From IMG/VR virus record IMGVR_UViG_3300032233_001498, positions 1 through 64,000 of that record: a stretch of 64,000 bases of DNA; one strand, given 5' to 3'. The notes below the pieces were generated by a model. That model worked only from the letters and a program-made list of their open reading frames with translations. It was not told where the DNA came from and did no database searches. Position numbers and translations under genes: made by a program. The DNA is from a virus. Lineage: Duplodnaviria > Caudoviricetes. Shown here piece by piece: positions 46,594 to 56,668 of the stretch (its first letter is position 1; the number at the start of each line of letters is the position of its first letter).

Positions 46594-47956
46594 TGATTAT
46601 GCTCGAAAGGTTTTGCCTTTTCTTTCAGCCGATTATTTCAATGATGTAGTTGAGAAAAACATCTTCAAAGAGGTGAATGACTTTATCAACAAGTATAAAG
46701 TTCTTCCCACCCATGAAGCATTGGTAATTAATTTTACTGAGAGTAAGAATCATACAGAAGACCAGGTTAAGTCCGCAATCAATACTCTTAAAGAGATTGA
46801 TGATGCTAAGAATCAACCTACTGAAACACAATGGTTGACTGAACAAACTGAAAAGTTCTGCCAAGATAAGGCACTCTATAATGCAATTATGGAATCTGTC
46901 TCCATCTTGGATGAGTCCAATAAAACACTCAAGAGCAAAGGTGAGATTCCAAAACTTCTTGCTGATGCACTTGGTGTGTCTTTTGACCAAAACATCGGTC
47001 ACGATTACATGAACGATTCAGAATCTCGTTTTGAATTTTATCACAAAAAAGAATCTCGTATTCCTTTTGACCTAGAATTCTTTAACAAGATTACAAAAGG
47101 TGGATTACCTAAGAAAACATTGAACATTGCACTTGCTGGCACCGGTGTTGGCAAGTCCTTGTTTATGTGTCATTGTTCTGCCGCTGCGATTAGTCAAGGT
47201 CTGAATGTACTCTATATCTCCCTTGAAATGGCAGAAGAACGTATTGCTGAACGTATCGATGCTAATTTACTGAACGTGACGATGGATGATTTACATTCTA
47301 TCCCACGTGCAGACTATGACCGTAAATTCGGTGCATTGAAGAACAAGGCACAAGGTAAGTTAATCATTAAAGAATATCCAACCGCAAGTGCTGGGTCTAT
47401 GCACTTTCGTTCTCTAATGAATGAATTGCATTTGAAGAAGAACTTTAAACCTGATATCGTATTCGTTGATTACCTAAACATCTGTTGTTCGTCACGTATC
47501 AAACAAGGTGGTTCTGTAAACTCATACACATACATCAAAGCAATTGCAGAAGAACTACGTGGTCTTGCTGTTGAGTTTGATGTACCAATCGTATCTGCAA
47601 CACAAACAACTCGTTCTGGTTTCTCCAACTCTGACGTTGGTTTGGAAGATACTTCTGAATCATTTGGTCTACCTGCAACTGCCGACTTTATGTTTGCATT
47701 GATTAGTACTGAAGAACTAGAACAACTTGGTCAGATTATGGTCAAGCAATTGAAGAATCGTTATAACGACCCCAACTTCAACAAGAAGTTTGTTATTGGT
47801 GTTGACCGTTCTAAGATGAGATTGTATGATGCAGAGAATTCGGCACAAACAGATTTATCCGATAGTGGTCAGGCAATACCTGATAAACCACTAAACACAT
47901 TTGGAAACCGTGAGAATAAATTTCAAAAGAAAAGTTTTGGTGGATTAAAAGTATGA
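46547..47956 (+). CDS. gp41: Replicative helicase gp41
   Basis: AGTGVGKS, SLEMAEE, VDYLN, SATQTTR, ESFGLPATADF, QLKNRY. Confidence 0.96.
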   Translation: MNRLELSILKNLIYNDDYARKVLPFLSADYFNDVVEKNIFKEVNDFINKYKVLPTHEALVINFTESKNHTEDQVKSAINTLKEIDDAKNQPTETQWLTEQTEKFCQDKALYNAIMESVSILDESNKTLKSKGEIPKLLADALGVSFDQNIGHDYMNDSESRFEFYHKKESRIPFDLEFFNKITKGGLPKKTLNIALAGTGVGKSLFMCHCSAAAISQGLNVLYISLEMAEERIAERIDANLLNVTMDDLHSIPRADYDRKFGALKNKAQGKLIIKEYPTASAGSMHFRSLMNELHLKKNFKPDIVFVDYLNICCSSRIKQGGSVNSYTYIKAIAEELRGLAVEFDVPIVSATQTTRSGFSNSDVGLEDTSESFGLPATADFMFALISTEELEQLGQIMVKQLKNRYNDPNFNKKFVIGVDRSKMRLYDAENSAQTDLSDSGQAIPDKPLNTFGNRENKFQKKSFGGLKV

Positions 47957-48558
47957 AACACATAACTCTTTACAAAAAACTCCATGCATTTGCACCAAAA
48001 TTATACGGTGAGAAAACTACGGGTCAATTGATGTATTGGGTTAGAAAGATGTTAACACCGCACAAGGTCAAAGTAAATCGAATCATTGATAAGAAAAACT
48101 TGGCATTGAGTGGTTATACGATAGGTGGTTTCTACGATTCAACAGGTGAGTTTGGTGATAAAGACATTGAAATGTATCTTGTTTTCAATGAAGAAGATAA
48201 GAACAAAACATTTCTGTTTGAAGAGTGGAGTGTTAAGATGTTGATTGATGAATTGTTTATCACACTTGCACATGAGAAACGACACCGTTATCAATTCAAA
48301 CAAAGAGGCAATGCTTTTGGTCCACAATATCGAAGCAAAGTTACCGATGAAGATTTGAAGGCAGAGTTGGAATATTACGGTGACCCCGATGAGTTGGATG
48401 CCTATGCACAAGAAGCAATCATCGAGGAGAGATTAGGTAGAGATACGCTAATGGGTGCTCAGGCAAAGTACAGACAAATGTTTGCCAATTATGACCCAAA
48501 AGTGTATAATAAATTCTTGAAGAAAAAATATAAATTTGACCAAAAAGTTTCATTATGA
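47953..48558 (+). CDS. Hypothetical protein with HExxH zinc-peptidase-like motif
   Basis: TLAHEKRH and Y..DPDELDAYAQE. Confidence 0.55.
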   Translation: MKHITLYKKLHAFAPKLYGEKTTGQLMYWVRKMLTPHKVKVNRIIDKKNLALSGYTIGGFYDSTGEFGDKDIEMYLVFNEEDKNKTFLFEEWSVKMLIDELFITLAHEKRHRYQFKQRGNAFGPQYRSKVTDEDLKAELEYYGDPDELDAYAQEAIIEERLGRDTLMGAQAKYRQMFANYDPKVYNKFLKKKYKFDQKVSL

Positions 48559-49670
48559 ATTTAACTAAAGAGCAGGCAATCCATGGTGCCAATGTATTCT
48601 CAGACTACTTTGATAGGTTTGGTCGTATCGATGAGTACATGCGTGAACAGAAACTAACTGCGATGGCCGAAAGGCCATTCGTTCTTCCTGGCATGGGACC
48701 TGAAGAAGATTTGTTCTCTGATTTTTCTATGTCACCTGCTGACATGGATTTTGAGATTGTGGAGTTGCCGCAAGAACGTTGGGACACTTATCTCAATATG
48801 ATTTCAAGTCACTCAAACATGACCAGTATTCCTGGTCGTTGCTTGCGCCTTGCTGTATTTGAAAAGAAAACACAGAAGTGGTGTGGTTTCATTCGCCTTG
48901 GTTCACCAGTTATCAATTGTAAACCACGTAACGAAATGTTAGGTGAAGTCTTTACTCAACGTGACGGCGGCGCCCAACAGTTCAACAAGTGTGCAATCAT
49001 GGGTTTCGTAATTGTACCTGCACAACCATTCGGTTTCAATTATCTTGGTGGTAAGTTACTTGCTGCTATCTGCACATCACATGAAGTACGTAAGATGATG
49101 AACGCCAAATATAACATGACCACATGTCTGTTTGAGACCACATCACTCTATGGTTCATCTAAGACTGTATCACAATATGATGGTATGAAACCTCTGATTC
49201 GTTTCAAAGGCTTGACTGATAGTGACTTCTTGCCTATGTTGCACGGCAAAACATATACAGACTTAAAAGACTACATTGAGAACATTACAGGCGAACCACT
49301 TGCACCACTAGATGCTTCTAGTCGTAAGTTGAAAATATCAAATGCAATGGTTGGCATGATTAAAGTTGCACTCAAAGGCAAACCAGAAGGTGAGAAGTTT
49401 GCAAAAACTATTGAGAATGCAAAGAATCTAAACGAACAAAAACGTTATTTTGTTTCTGATTATGGTTTTAAGAACATGGTTGACGTAGTGAATGGTAAGG
49501 CAGATAAGTTGATTCCAGGTGAAAACTATGAGAAACACAATCTAGCCAATATTGTGGAGTGGTGGAGAAAGAAGGCCATCAACCGATTTGATACTTTGAA
49601 TATAGAAGGTCGCATTCGTACTGAACAAGAGGTCTGGACAGGCGATAAACATATTGACATTATTAGGTGA
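48555..49670 (+). CDS. Second DUF4338/DruA-like protein, paralogue of 27278..28615
   Basis: Shares IVPxQPxGxNYxGGKLLA..S.EV..TTSLYG..SQYD with the first copy. Confidence 0.6.
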   Translation: MNLTKEQAIHGANVFSDYFDRFGRIDEYMREQKLTAMAERPFVLPGMGPEEDLFSDFSMSPADMDFEIVELPQERWDTYLNMISSHSNMTSIPGRCLRLAVFEKKTQKWCGFIRLGSPVINCKPRNEMLGEVFTQRDGGAQQFNKCAIMGFVIVPAQPFGFNYLGGKLLAAICTSHEVRKMMNAKYNMTTCLFETTSLYGSSKTVSQYDGMKPLIRFKGLTDSDFLPMLHGKTYTDLKDYIENITGEPLAPLDASSRKLKISNAMVGMIKVALKGKPEGEKFAKTIENAKNLNEQKRYFVSDYGFKNMVDVVNGKADKLIPGENYEKHNLANIVEWWRKKAINRFDTLNIEGRIRTEQEVWTGDKHIDIIR

Positions 49671-49687
49671 TTGTGATAGGATAAATA
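49654..49687 (+). promoter_or_regulatory. Overlapping sigma70 and late promoters
   Basis: TTGACA (49654-59), 17 nt, TG-n-TAGGAT (49677-82); GATAAATA at 49680-87. Confidence 0.65.
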
Positions 49688-49715
49688 CCTAGAAAATTTC
49701 AACTCTAGGTATAAA

Positions 49716-50816
49716 ATGAAAATTCCATCGAAAGTTAATGTAGATACAGAAGGTAAAGTCTCAGGTGCTGGCTCAGAAGTTACTGCTTTGGCGGAAAGTT
49801 TACAGGCATATGCTTGTGCCACAAGGCAACACCTTGGTAAAGACTTGAATGATGTTTCTCAGATTACCAAATCTACAGTTGCTGATGCTGATTGTGATAG
49901 AACACTTGATGCTTGTATGAAAGGTCTTGATGAGAATTGGTTCAGAAGTGTCGTGTTAACCGCTAACTTAATCTTTGAAGAAGTACCTGGTGCAAAGACA
50001 GGTAAGAATTTTAAATTTTATCGTGGTGGAAATTTAGTCAATTCAATCTATGATAATTGGCGCAAATTTAAAAAAGGTAGTGGTATCACAGGTGATGACA
50101 AATGGAATCCTGCTGATATTTGGATGATTAAAAAAGGTTTCAAATTAAAAACCGAGTTTGATACTTTGACAGAGTACAATCGTTATGTTTATGATGAGTT
50201 TGCTTACACCAATATGATTGGTATTTCATTGAAGAAGATTGGTCCTAAGGACAGTCCACATTCTAAGTTTTTCAACAATGGCAAACCTCTTGTTGCACAA
50301 TTTACTGGTGTGAAACTTGGCATGAACATGACCGATTCGAAAGACATTTACATCAAGTATAAGTCTGAAGGTAAAGATGGTGAAGTTCAGTTACGTAATT
50401 TCTCAAGTCGTCCTGTACCATCATCATGGCAAGGCGAGATTAAAGGTAAGGCTGCAGCAGGTGGTAAAATTGGTGGTGGTGTTATTTTTGAAGGTGCAAT
50501 TGAAACTGGTGTCAGTAAAACTAAGTTGACTTTACCTAATCAAACACCAATTGATAAACCATCAGATGCTGACTTTAAAAAGTTTGCAACAATGTTTAAA
50601 GAGTTATCAGGTTCAAAAGATAAATTAGAAACTTTGATTACTCAAGCAAAAGCAGGACACAGACAAGATAAGACTTGGTGGATGTCAAAGTATATTGGTA
50701 TTGATTTAGTCTATACCGTTATCAAAGAAAAGAAGATGGATGCGTTGTGTAAATACATCTATGAGTATGCATCTTCAGCAACCAAAAACAGTAGTATATT
50801 CATAAAGTATAGTTAA
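49716..50816 (+). CDS. PD-(D/E)xK nuclease-like hypothetical protein
   Basis: DKWNPADIW..IGISLKK pattern. Confidence 0.45.
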   Translation: MKIPSKVNVDTEGKVSGAGSEVTALAESLQAYACATRQHLGKDLNDVSQITKSTVADADCDRTLDACMKGLDENWFRSVVLTANLIFEEVPGAKTGKNFKFYRGGNLVNSIYDNWRKFKKGSGITGDDKWNPADIWMIKKGFKLKTEFDTLTEYNRYVYDEFAYTNMIGISLKKIGPKDSPHSKFFNNGKPLVAQFTGVKLGMNMTDSKDIYIKYKSEGKDGEVQLRNFSSRPVPSSWQGEIKGKAAAGGKIGGGVIFEGAIETGVSKTKLTLPNQTPIDKPSDADFKKFATMFKELSGSKDKLETLITQAKAGHRQDKTWWMSKYIGIDLVYTVIKEKKMDALCKYIYEYASSATKNSSIFIKYS

Positions 50817-50817
50817 T

Positions 50818-52050
50818 ATGGACTTCAAACAATATTTAATCGAAGCGAAAAAAGAAGGTGCTAACCTTCACCTAGAACACCTTGAAGATGAAATTTTGAA
50901 TCGTGGCGTTCGAGGTGGCCGTGATGCAATCAATTTCTTACAGGCATTGAGAGATATGCTTGCGGGTCATTCACAAGTAAAAGTAAACACTACAACAAAA
51001 TGGGATGGTTCTCCTGCAATCTTTTGCGGTATCAATCCAGACAATGGCAAATTCTTTGTTGGTACAAAAGGTGTATTCAATGCAAATGCAAAGTTGAATT
51101 ACACCGATGCTGATATCGATACAAATCATCCAGGTGAAGGTCTAAATGCAAAACTTAAAGTTGCATTACGATATCTTCCAAAACTTGGTATCAAAGGTGT
51201 TCTGCAAGGTGATATGATGTTTGCAAAAGGTGATATCACAGAGAAGACATTTGATGGAGAAGACTATATCACATTTCAACCAAATACATTAATCTATGCT
51301 GTGCCTTCTGGTTCTAAGTTGGCCAAAACAATGCAGGCTGCACAACTAGGTGTGGTGTTTCATACTTCATACACAGGCAAAACATTTGCTGATATGAAGG
51401 CATCATTCAATATTGACATTAAGAATTTAACATCAACTAAAGATGTTTGGTTTCGTGATGCATATTTTACCGATGCATCTGGTACGGCATCATTCACCGA
51501 AGAAGAAACAAAACAAATGACTTACATTCTTTCTACTATTGGTGCAACATTCAAGCAAACAAATGCATTGTCTATTAATAGAATATCTTCAAGTGATACA
51601 GTTAGAGAATACATTAAGACATTCAACAACACCAAAGTTAGAGAAGGTCAAAAGATTACAAACACCGCAGCACATACAAAAGAATTATTAAGATGGGTTG
51701 AAGATAGATTGAATAAAGATATTGTCTCTGCAAAGATGGAGAAGACAAAGAGAGATAAGGCGATGATTAAGAATGAAATCATGCGTACTCTCCGTGGTGC
51801 TGCAAATGATTTGATTAAAATGTTTGACATACAGAATGGCATGGTAGATGCCAAAAATATGGTCATCAAAAAGTTGCAACAGATGAAACAAGTTACAAGT
51901 ACATTCGTACAAACTGAAGATGGTTTCAAAGTGACAAATCCCGAAGGTTTTGTTGCAGTTGATAAGATATCAGGTAATGCAGTTAAATTGGTTGATAGAT
52001 TGGAATTTAGTCATTTGAATTTCACCGCACAGAAAAACTGGAGTAAGTAA
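50818..52050 (+). CDS. Ligase-like nucleotidyltransferase (DUF6267-type conserved T4-like protein)
   Basis: TKWDG (motif I), LQGD (III), EGFV (IV), VKLVDR (V). Confidence 0.55.
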   Translation: MDFKQYLIEAKKEGANLHLEHLEDEILNRGVRGGRDAINFLQALRDMLAGHSQVKVNTTTKWDGSPAIFCGINPDNGKFFVGTKGVFNANAKLNYTDADIDTNHPGEGLNAKLKVALRYLPKLGIKGVLQGDMMFAKGDITEKTFDGEDYITFQPNTLIYAVPSGSKLAKTMQAAQLGVVFHTSYTGKTFADMKASFNIDIKNLTSTKDVWFRDAYFTDASGTASFTEEETKQMTYILSTIGATFKQTNALSINRISSSDTVREYIKTFNNTKVREGQKITNTAAHTKELLRWVEDRLNKDIVSAKMEKTKRDKAMIKNEIMRTLRGAANDLIKMFDIQNGMVDAKNMVIKKLQQMKQVTSTFVQTEDGFKVTNPEGFVAVDKISGNAVKLVDRLEFSHLNFTAQKNWSK

Positions 52051-52331
52051 TGGCTGATAAAAAGTTTGATTTGAATGAAATCTTTGCTGAGTATGGTGAA
52101 GATGATTTTGGTTTTACTGCGACTGATGAGGCAGAATATAATTCAGTTATTGCACAGAAAGAAGAAACAGTCGAAGAATACAAAGACCGTTTAGTACAAG
52201 TAGAGAAACTAATTCTACCATTCTTAATGCAATTGTTAAAGACCGCTGACCAACCAATCATCAAATGGCCAAATCGCAAACCAATTATTGAATCACAGAT
52301 TCAAAAGATTCTGAATCTAACAAGAGGTTAA
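52050..52331 (+). CDS. Hypothetical protein
   Basis: Coupled ORF (TAATG); DDFGFTA..LILPFL..L.KT...IKWPNRK. Confidence 0.6.
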   Translation: MADKKFDLNEIFAEYGEDDFGFTATDEAEYNSVIAQKEETVEEYKDRLVQVEKLILPFLMQLLKTADQPIIKWPNRKPIIESQIQKILNLTRG

Positions 52332-52332
52332 T

Positions 52333-52671
52333 ATGGATTTCAGAGACTTCAAAGAATTACAGGAAGCTGCATATGCCGGTAACATTGGCATTATGGAACT
52401 AATTAAGTTCAAAAGCAAAGCAACACCAGAACAGAAAAAGAAATTTGATGATTTGTTGAAGAACAAAAAAGGTAAAGAAGTGTGGGACTTGGTACAAGAT
52501 GTTACTGGTATCAAGTTACACAAATCGGTACATGAAGAAGTTAAACCTAACATTCTCCCAAAATCTGGTGCTGGTGCATGGGGTACGCAAGATTTAGTAG
52601 ATACATATAAGAAGGACACACCTGGTCAAACACCAAAAAAGGTAAAGTCATTTAAAGAATACAAAAAATAA
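52333..52671 (+). CDS. Hypothetical protein, probable head-internal protein
   Basis: N-terminus MDFRDFKELQEA; GAGAWGT..YKKDTPGQ motif; SD GAGGT. Confidence 0.55.
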   Translation: MDFRDFKELQEAAYAGNIGIMELIKFKSKATPEQKKKFDDLLKNKKGKEVWDLVQDVTGIKLHKSVHEEVKPNILPKSGAGAWGTQDLVDTYKKDTPGQTPKKVKSFKEYKK

Positions 52672-52689
52672 TTGTTACGTGAGGTTATT

Positions 52690-53556
52690 ATGAAAGATAT
52701 TGTGGTAGGGTGTATTACTAATTACACTTTTGATAAAATTGAACCGTGGGTAAATTCTTTAGACCGTTCAGGATTTGACGGTACTAAACTTATGATTTGT
52801 TACAACATTGGTTATGATGTTGTAGAGGAATTAAGCAAACGTGGTTACGTTGTGTTTGGTTTCAATCGTAATGATACATTACGGAGACTAGAGTACGACA
52901 AGAAAGATTTCAATATCTGCCTTGAACGTTTCATTCATATCTGGTACTTCTTAAATAAACTCCAAGATAAAGAACAGTTCCGTTACGTCATTTCTACTGA
53001 CGTTAAGGATGTTATCTTTCAGAGTAATCCATCTACATGGCTCGAAGAAAACATTGGTGATAAACAAATCAATGTTGCGAGCGAATCAATCAAATACAAA
53101 GACGAAGGTTGGGGCAACAACAATCTATACCAATCGTTTGGTCCTTTTGTACACGACATGAACAAAGAAAACACAATCTACAATGCCGGCACCATTGCAG
53201 GCAAGTTTGATGTTGTACTTGATTTGTTCTTAAACATCTACTTGGCCTGTGGTGGCGCACCATCGAATGTTCCAGGTGGCGGTGGTCCAGACCAAGCTGC
53301 ATTGAATGTATTGTTGAACACAGTATCATATAAGAACATTACCAACTTTGCACCAAGTGAATCAGGTTATGCGGCACAATTAGGTACAACTGCTGACCCA
53401 TCTAAGATTGACCAGTTTAGACCTTTCTTGTTAGAACCAACTCCTATCTTTGAAGATGGTATTGTGAAAACATCTACAGGTAAACCTTTTGCAATCGTAC
53501 ATCAGTATGATAGGGTACCTGAATGGCGTGCTATCATTGAAGAGAAATACCGATGA
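52690..53556 (+). CDS. Glycosyltransferase-like protein (GT-A)
   Basis: RFIHIWYFL, ISTDVKDVIFQSNP, YNAGTIAG, DQAALN, HQYDR. Confidence 0.65.
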   Translation: MKDIVVGCITNYTFDKIEPWVNSLDRSGFDGTKLMICYNIGYDVVEELSKRGYVVFGFNRNDTLRRLEYDKKDFNICLERFIHIWYFLNKLQDKEQFRYVISTDVKDVIFQSNPSTWLEENIGDKQINVASESIKYKDEGWGNNNLYQSFGPFVHDMNKENTIYNAGTIAGKFDVVLDLFLNIYLACGGAPSNVPGGGGPDQAALNVLLNTVSYKNITNFAPSESGYAAQLGTTADPSKIDQFRPFLLEPTPIFEDGIVKTSTGKPFAIVHQYDRVPEWRAIIEEKYR

Positions 53557-54173
53557 ACTTCAGTTTTGGAATTACAACCGATTACTCCGACCAGAATCGG
53601 TTGAATGAAATCATATCTTCTATTCGTAGTTTGCAAATACCAAATTATGAAATAATGGTTATTGGTGGACAAAAACCGGAAGACAAACAGGATGTGAATC
53701 ATATCTTCTTTGATGATACTGCGAATCCAGGTTGGGTAACACGTAAGAAGAATACTCTTACACAGGCCGCAAAGTATGACAACGTAGTTATTTTCCATGA
53801 TTACTTTGTGTTTGAAAAAGATTGGTATAAAAACTTCTTAGAATTCGGTGATGATTGGGATGTTTGTTCTAATGCACAGTATTTAATTTCGGGCAAGAGA
53901 CACTTCACAGATTGGGTTGTATGGGATTCACCAATCTTTCCACGTTACTGGTCACTAAACTATGACGATTGGTCGCACACTAAGTATATGTACCAATCAG
54001 GCGGTTACATGATTGTTAAGAAACAATTCATGGAGAAGTTCCCATTAAATGAGAAAATGATTTGGGGTACTGGTGAAGACGTTGAATGGTCTTTGCGTAT
54101 GCGTGATAAAGCAAATTGGAAATGTAATGGTAAATCCATTGTGACACATAATAAGGTTCATCGTGATGCATAA
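53553..54173 (+). CDS. GT2-like glycosyltransferase
   Basis: FSFGIT, YEIMVIG, KKN..QAAKYDNVVIFHDY, GEDVEW. Confidence 0.7.
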   Translation: MNFSFGITTDYSDQNRLNEIISSIRSLQIPNYEIMVIGGQKPEDKQDVNHIFFDDTANPGWVTRKKNTLTQAAKYDNVVIFHDYFVFEKDWYKNFLEFGDDWDVCSNAQYLISGKRHFTDWVVWDSPIFPRYWSLNYDDWSHTKYMYQSGGYMIVKKQFMEKFPLNEKMIWGTGEDVEWSLRMRDKANWKCNGKSIVTHNKVHRDA

Positions 54174-55536
54174 GTTAATTATTTTTGACCTAGATGGTGT
54201 ATTGATTGAGAGTAGAGAACTTCATTATCATTCATTGAATGATGCTCTATCCAGAGTTGGTGGAGATTACATTATCTCCCGTGAGGAACACCTATCAATC
54301 TATGATGGGTTGAGCACAACTAGAAAACTTGAAATGTTGTCTGAACGTAAAGGTTTAGACCGCAAGTTTTTCAATCAGGTCTGGCAAGACAAACAAACTG
54401 CCACATTCAATCTGATTCGTAGAATTCCAAAGAACAATGACCTACGCCAGATGTTTGCAGGCATTCAATCACGGGGTTATAAGATTGCCGTTGCAAGCAA
54501 TTCTATACGTGAGACTATCAAACTTGCCCTTCTGTCCATCGGTGTTATGGAATATGTTGACTATTACGTTTCGAATGAAGATGTTAAGAGAACAAAACCT
54601 TACCCTGAAATGTACTGGCAATGTATGACTGCTTTAAATGCACTTCCTAAAAGTACAATTATTGTAGAAGATAGTCATATTGGGCGCCAAGGTGCAATTG
54701 ATAGCGGTGCTCATCTATTGCCCGTTGAGAACTCAAGGGACTTGACTTCATATAAAGTTTTTAGTAAAATCGATGAGGTTGATGAAAACGGACACAAACA
54801 AACTATACCATGGAGAGATAAGAAATTGAATGTACTAATCCCTATGGCAGGCGCAGGCAGTAGATTTACACAAGCTGGCTACACATTCCCTAAACCTCTG
54901 ATTGAAGTCAGAGGCAAACCAATGATTCAAGTTGTTGTTGAGAACTTGAATATTGAAGCAAACTATATTTTCTTGGTGCAGAAATCACATTATGAGAAAT
55001 ACAACTTGCAATCTGTACTAACCATTCTGAAACCAGGATGTAAGATTGTTCAAGTTGATGGTCTAACTGAAGGTGCTGCCTGCACTACACTACTCGCAAA
55101 AGAATTGATTGATAATGATGAACCACTTGTTATGGCAAACTCTGACCAGTTTGTTGAGTGGGATTCAAACAACGTTATGTACTCATTCACCGCAGATGGC
55201 ATCGATGGTGGTATTCTAACATTCAAGGCCACACATCCTAAATGGTCATATGCAAAACTAGATGAGAATGGTTTTGTATCGCAAGTCGCAGAAAAGAATC
55301 CTATCTCTGATAATGCAACAGTAGGTGTTTACTACTGGAAGAAAGGTTCTGATTACGTTAAATATGCAGAGCAAATGATTGAGAAGAACATTCGCACCAA
55401 TAATGAATTCTATGTCTGTCCAGTATTCAACGAAGCAATTGCAGGCGGCAAAAAGATTCGTGTTAAAGAGATATCCAAGATGTGGGGTATTGGAACACCA
55501 GAAGATTTAAACTACTTTTTAGAGAACCATAAATGA
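54163..55536 (+). CDS. HAD phosphatase fused to sugar-phosphate nucleotidyltransferase
   Basis: FDLDGVL, KPYP, VEDS..G (HAD); IPMAGAGSRF..PKPLIEV, EK.PIS, GTPEDL (NTP transferase). Confidence 0.85.
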   Translation: MMHKLIIFDLDGVLIESRELHYHSLNDALSRVGGDYIISREEHLSIYDGLSTTRKLEMLSERKGLDRKFFNQVWQDKQTATFNLIRRIPKNNDLRQMFAGIQSRGYKIAVASNSIRETIKLALLSIGVMEYVDYYVSNEDVKRTKPYPEMYWQCMTALNALPKSTIIVEDSHIGRQGAIDSGAHLLPVENSRDLTSYKVFSKIDEVDENGHKQTIPWRDKKLNVLIPMAGAGSRFTQAGYTFPKPLIEVRGKPMIQVVVENLNIEANYIFLVQKSHYEKYNLQSVLTILKPGCKIVQVDGLTEGAACTTLLAKELIDNDEPLVMANSDQFVEWDSNNVMYSFTADGIDGGILTFKATHPKWSYAKLDENGFVSQVAEKNPISDNATVGVYYWKKGSDYVKYAEQMIEKNIRTNNEFYVCPVFNEAIAGGKKIRVKEISKMWGIGTPEDLNYFLENHK

Positions 55537-56219
55537 GCAATTATCAGAAAATATTTACATTTGATGACGGTCCAGTCCAGTATGAAAACTCAGGCAAAGA
55601 CCATATCAAAATGAAACAACATCCTTTTCCCTATTCAATTAAGGAAGAGGAATTCAACTTCATCACAGACACCATTGTAAAGTATGATTTGAAACGTGGT
55701 TATGAATGTGCTACCGCATTCGGTGTTTCAACAATGGCATGTGCATTAGGTTTCAAACAAACCGGTGGTAGAATGGTCACAATGGATGCATACATCGAAG
55801 AAGATACTGCTAATCCTGAGGCATATAAAAATCACGAAGAGAAACAAACATTTTCTGATTCTGATGGTTACAAATCTGTAGTGTATCTACGTGAGAAATT
55901 TGGTGTACAAGACAACCTAGAGTGTGAAGTTGGTTGGTCACCTGATGATACAGAGAAAACAATTCGTAAACATTTTGGTGACGAGAAGATTGACTTTGTA
56001 TTCCTTGATGCAGGACATTTCCCTGGCCAGATTATCAAAGACATTGATTCGTTTGTACCGTTCTTAGCGGAGAAGTTTGTTGTATTGTTCCATGATGATT
56101 ACACATGGAGTTTTACACAAGATGTACACAATCACATCCAGAATGTATTTGGTTGCAAAACAGAAATTTTTATCCCTCATCCAAGAGGTGAGAACTTATC
56201 AGGAGTTATCAAAGTATGA
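55533..56219 (+). CDS. Class I SAM-dependent methyltransferase (Methyltransf_24-like)
   Basis: ECATAFGVST, IDFVFLDAGH, LFHDD. Confidence 0.7.
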   Translation: MSNYQKIFTFDDGPVQYENSGKDHIKMKQHPFPYSIKEEEFNFITDTIVKYDLKRGYECATAFGVSTMACALGFKQTGGRMVTMDAYIEEDTANPEAYKNHEEKQTFSDSDGYKSVVYLREKFGVQDNLECEVGWSPDDTEKTIRKHFGDEKIDFVFLDAGHFPGQIIKDIDSFVPFLAEKFVVLFHDDYTWSFTQDVHNHIQNVFGCKTEIFIPHPRGENLSGVIKV

Positions 56220-56668
56220 GATTGATTGCACATCGAGGCCTAATGTATGGCCCAAATAAAGAGATTGAGAATCATCCCGATACAATCGAAGAAGCTTGGG
56301 CTAATGACTTTGATTGTGAAATAGATTTATGGCGAATCGACCACAGGTGGTTCCTTGGCCATGATGCACCCACATATGAAGTGCCAAGTTATTTCTTAAT
56401 GCTTGGTCGTTCATGGTTTCATTGTAAAAACTTTGAAGCACTAGATTGGTTGAGTACTTGGTCAAAAGGAATTAATTTCTTCTGGCACCAAAAGGATAAC
56501 TATACCATGACCAGTTTCGGATATGTGTGGGCATATCCTGGTCAATCTGTCGGTGACAACACCATCTTTGTAATGCCTGAACAGGTGATGAAATTAGAAG
56601 ATGTGAAGACATTGAAATGTTTCGGTGTCTGTAGTGATTACGTTAATGATATTAAAGGTATGTTATGA
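56216..56668 (+). CDS. Glycerophosphodiester phosphodiesterase-like (PLC-like) protein
   Basis: IAHRG, EN.P, CEIDLW, LGHD, HCKN, GVCSDY. Confidence 0.7.
   Translation: MRLIAHRGLMYGPNKEIENHPDTIEEAWANDFDCEIDLWRIDHRWFLGHDAPTYEVPSYFLMLGRSWFHCKNFEALDWLSTWSKGINFFWHQKDNYTMTSFGYVWAYPGQSVGDNTIFVMPEQVMKLEDVKTLKCFGVCSDYVNDIKGML

Noticed and set aside
9125-47956. Introns or inteins in genes 17, uvsW, 43 and 41
   Set aside because: All are uninterrupted, of normal length and without intein motifs.
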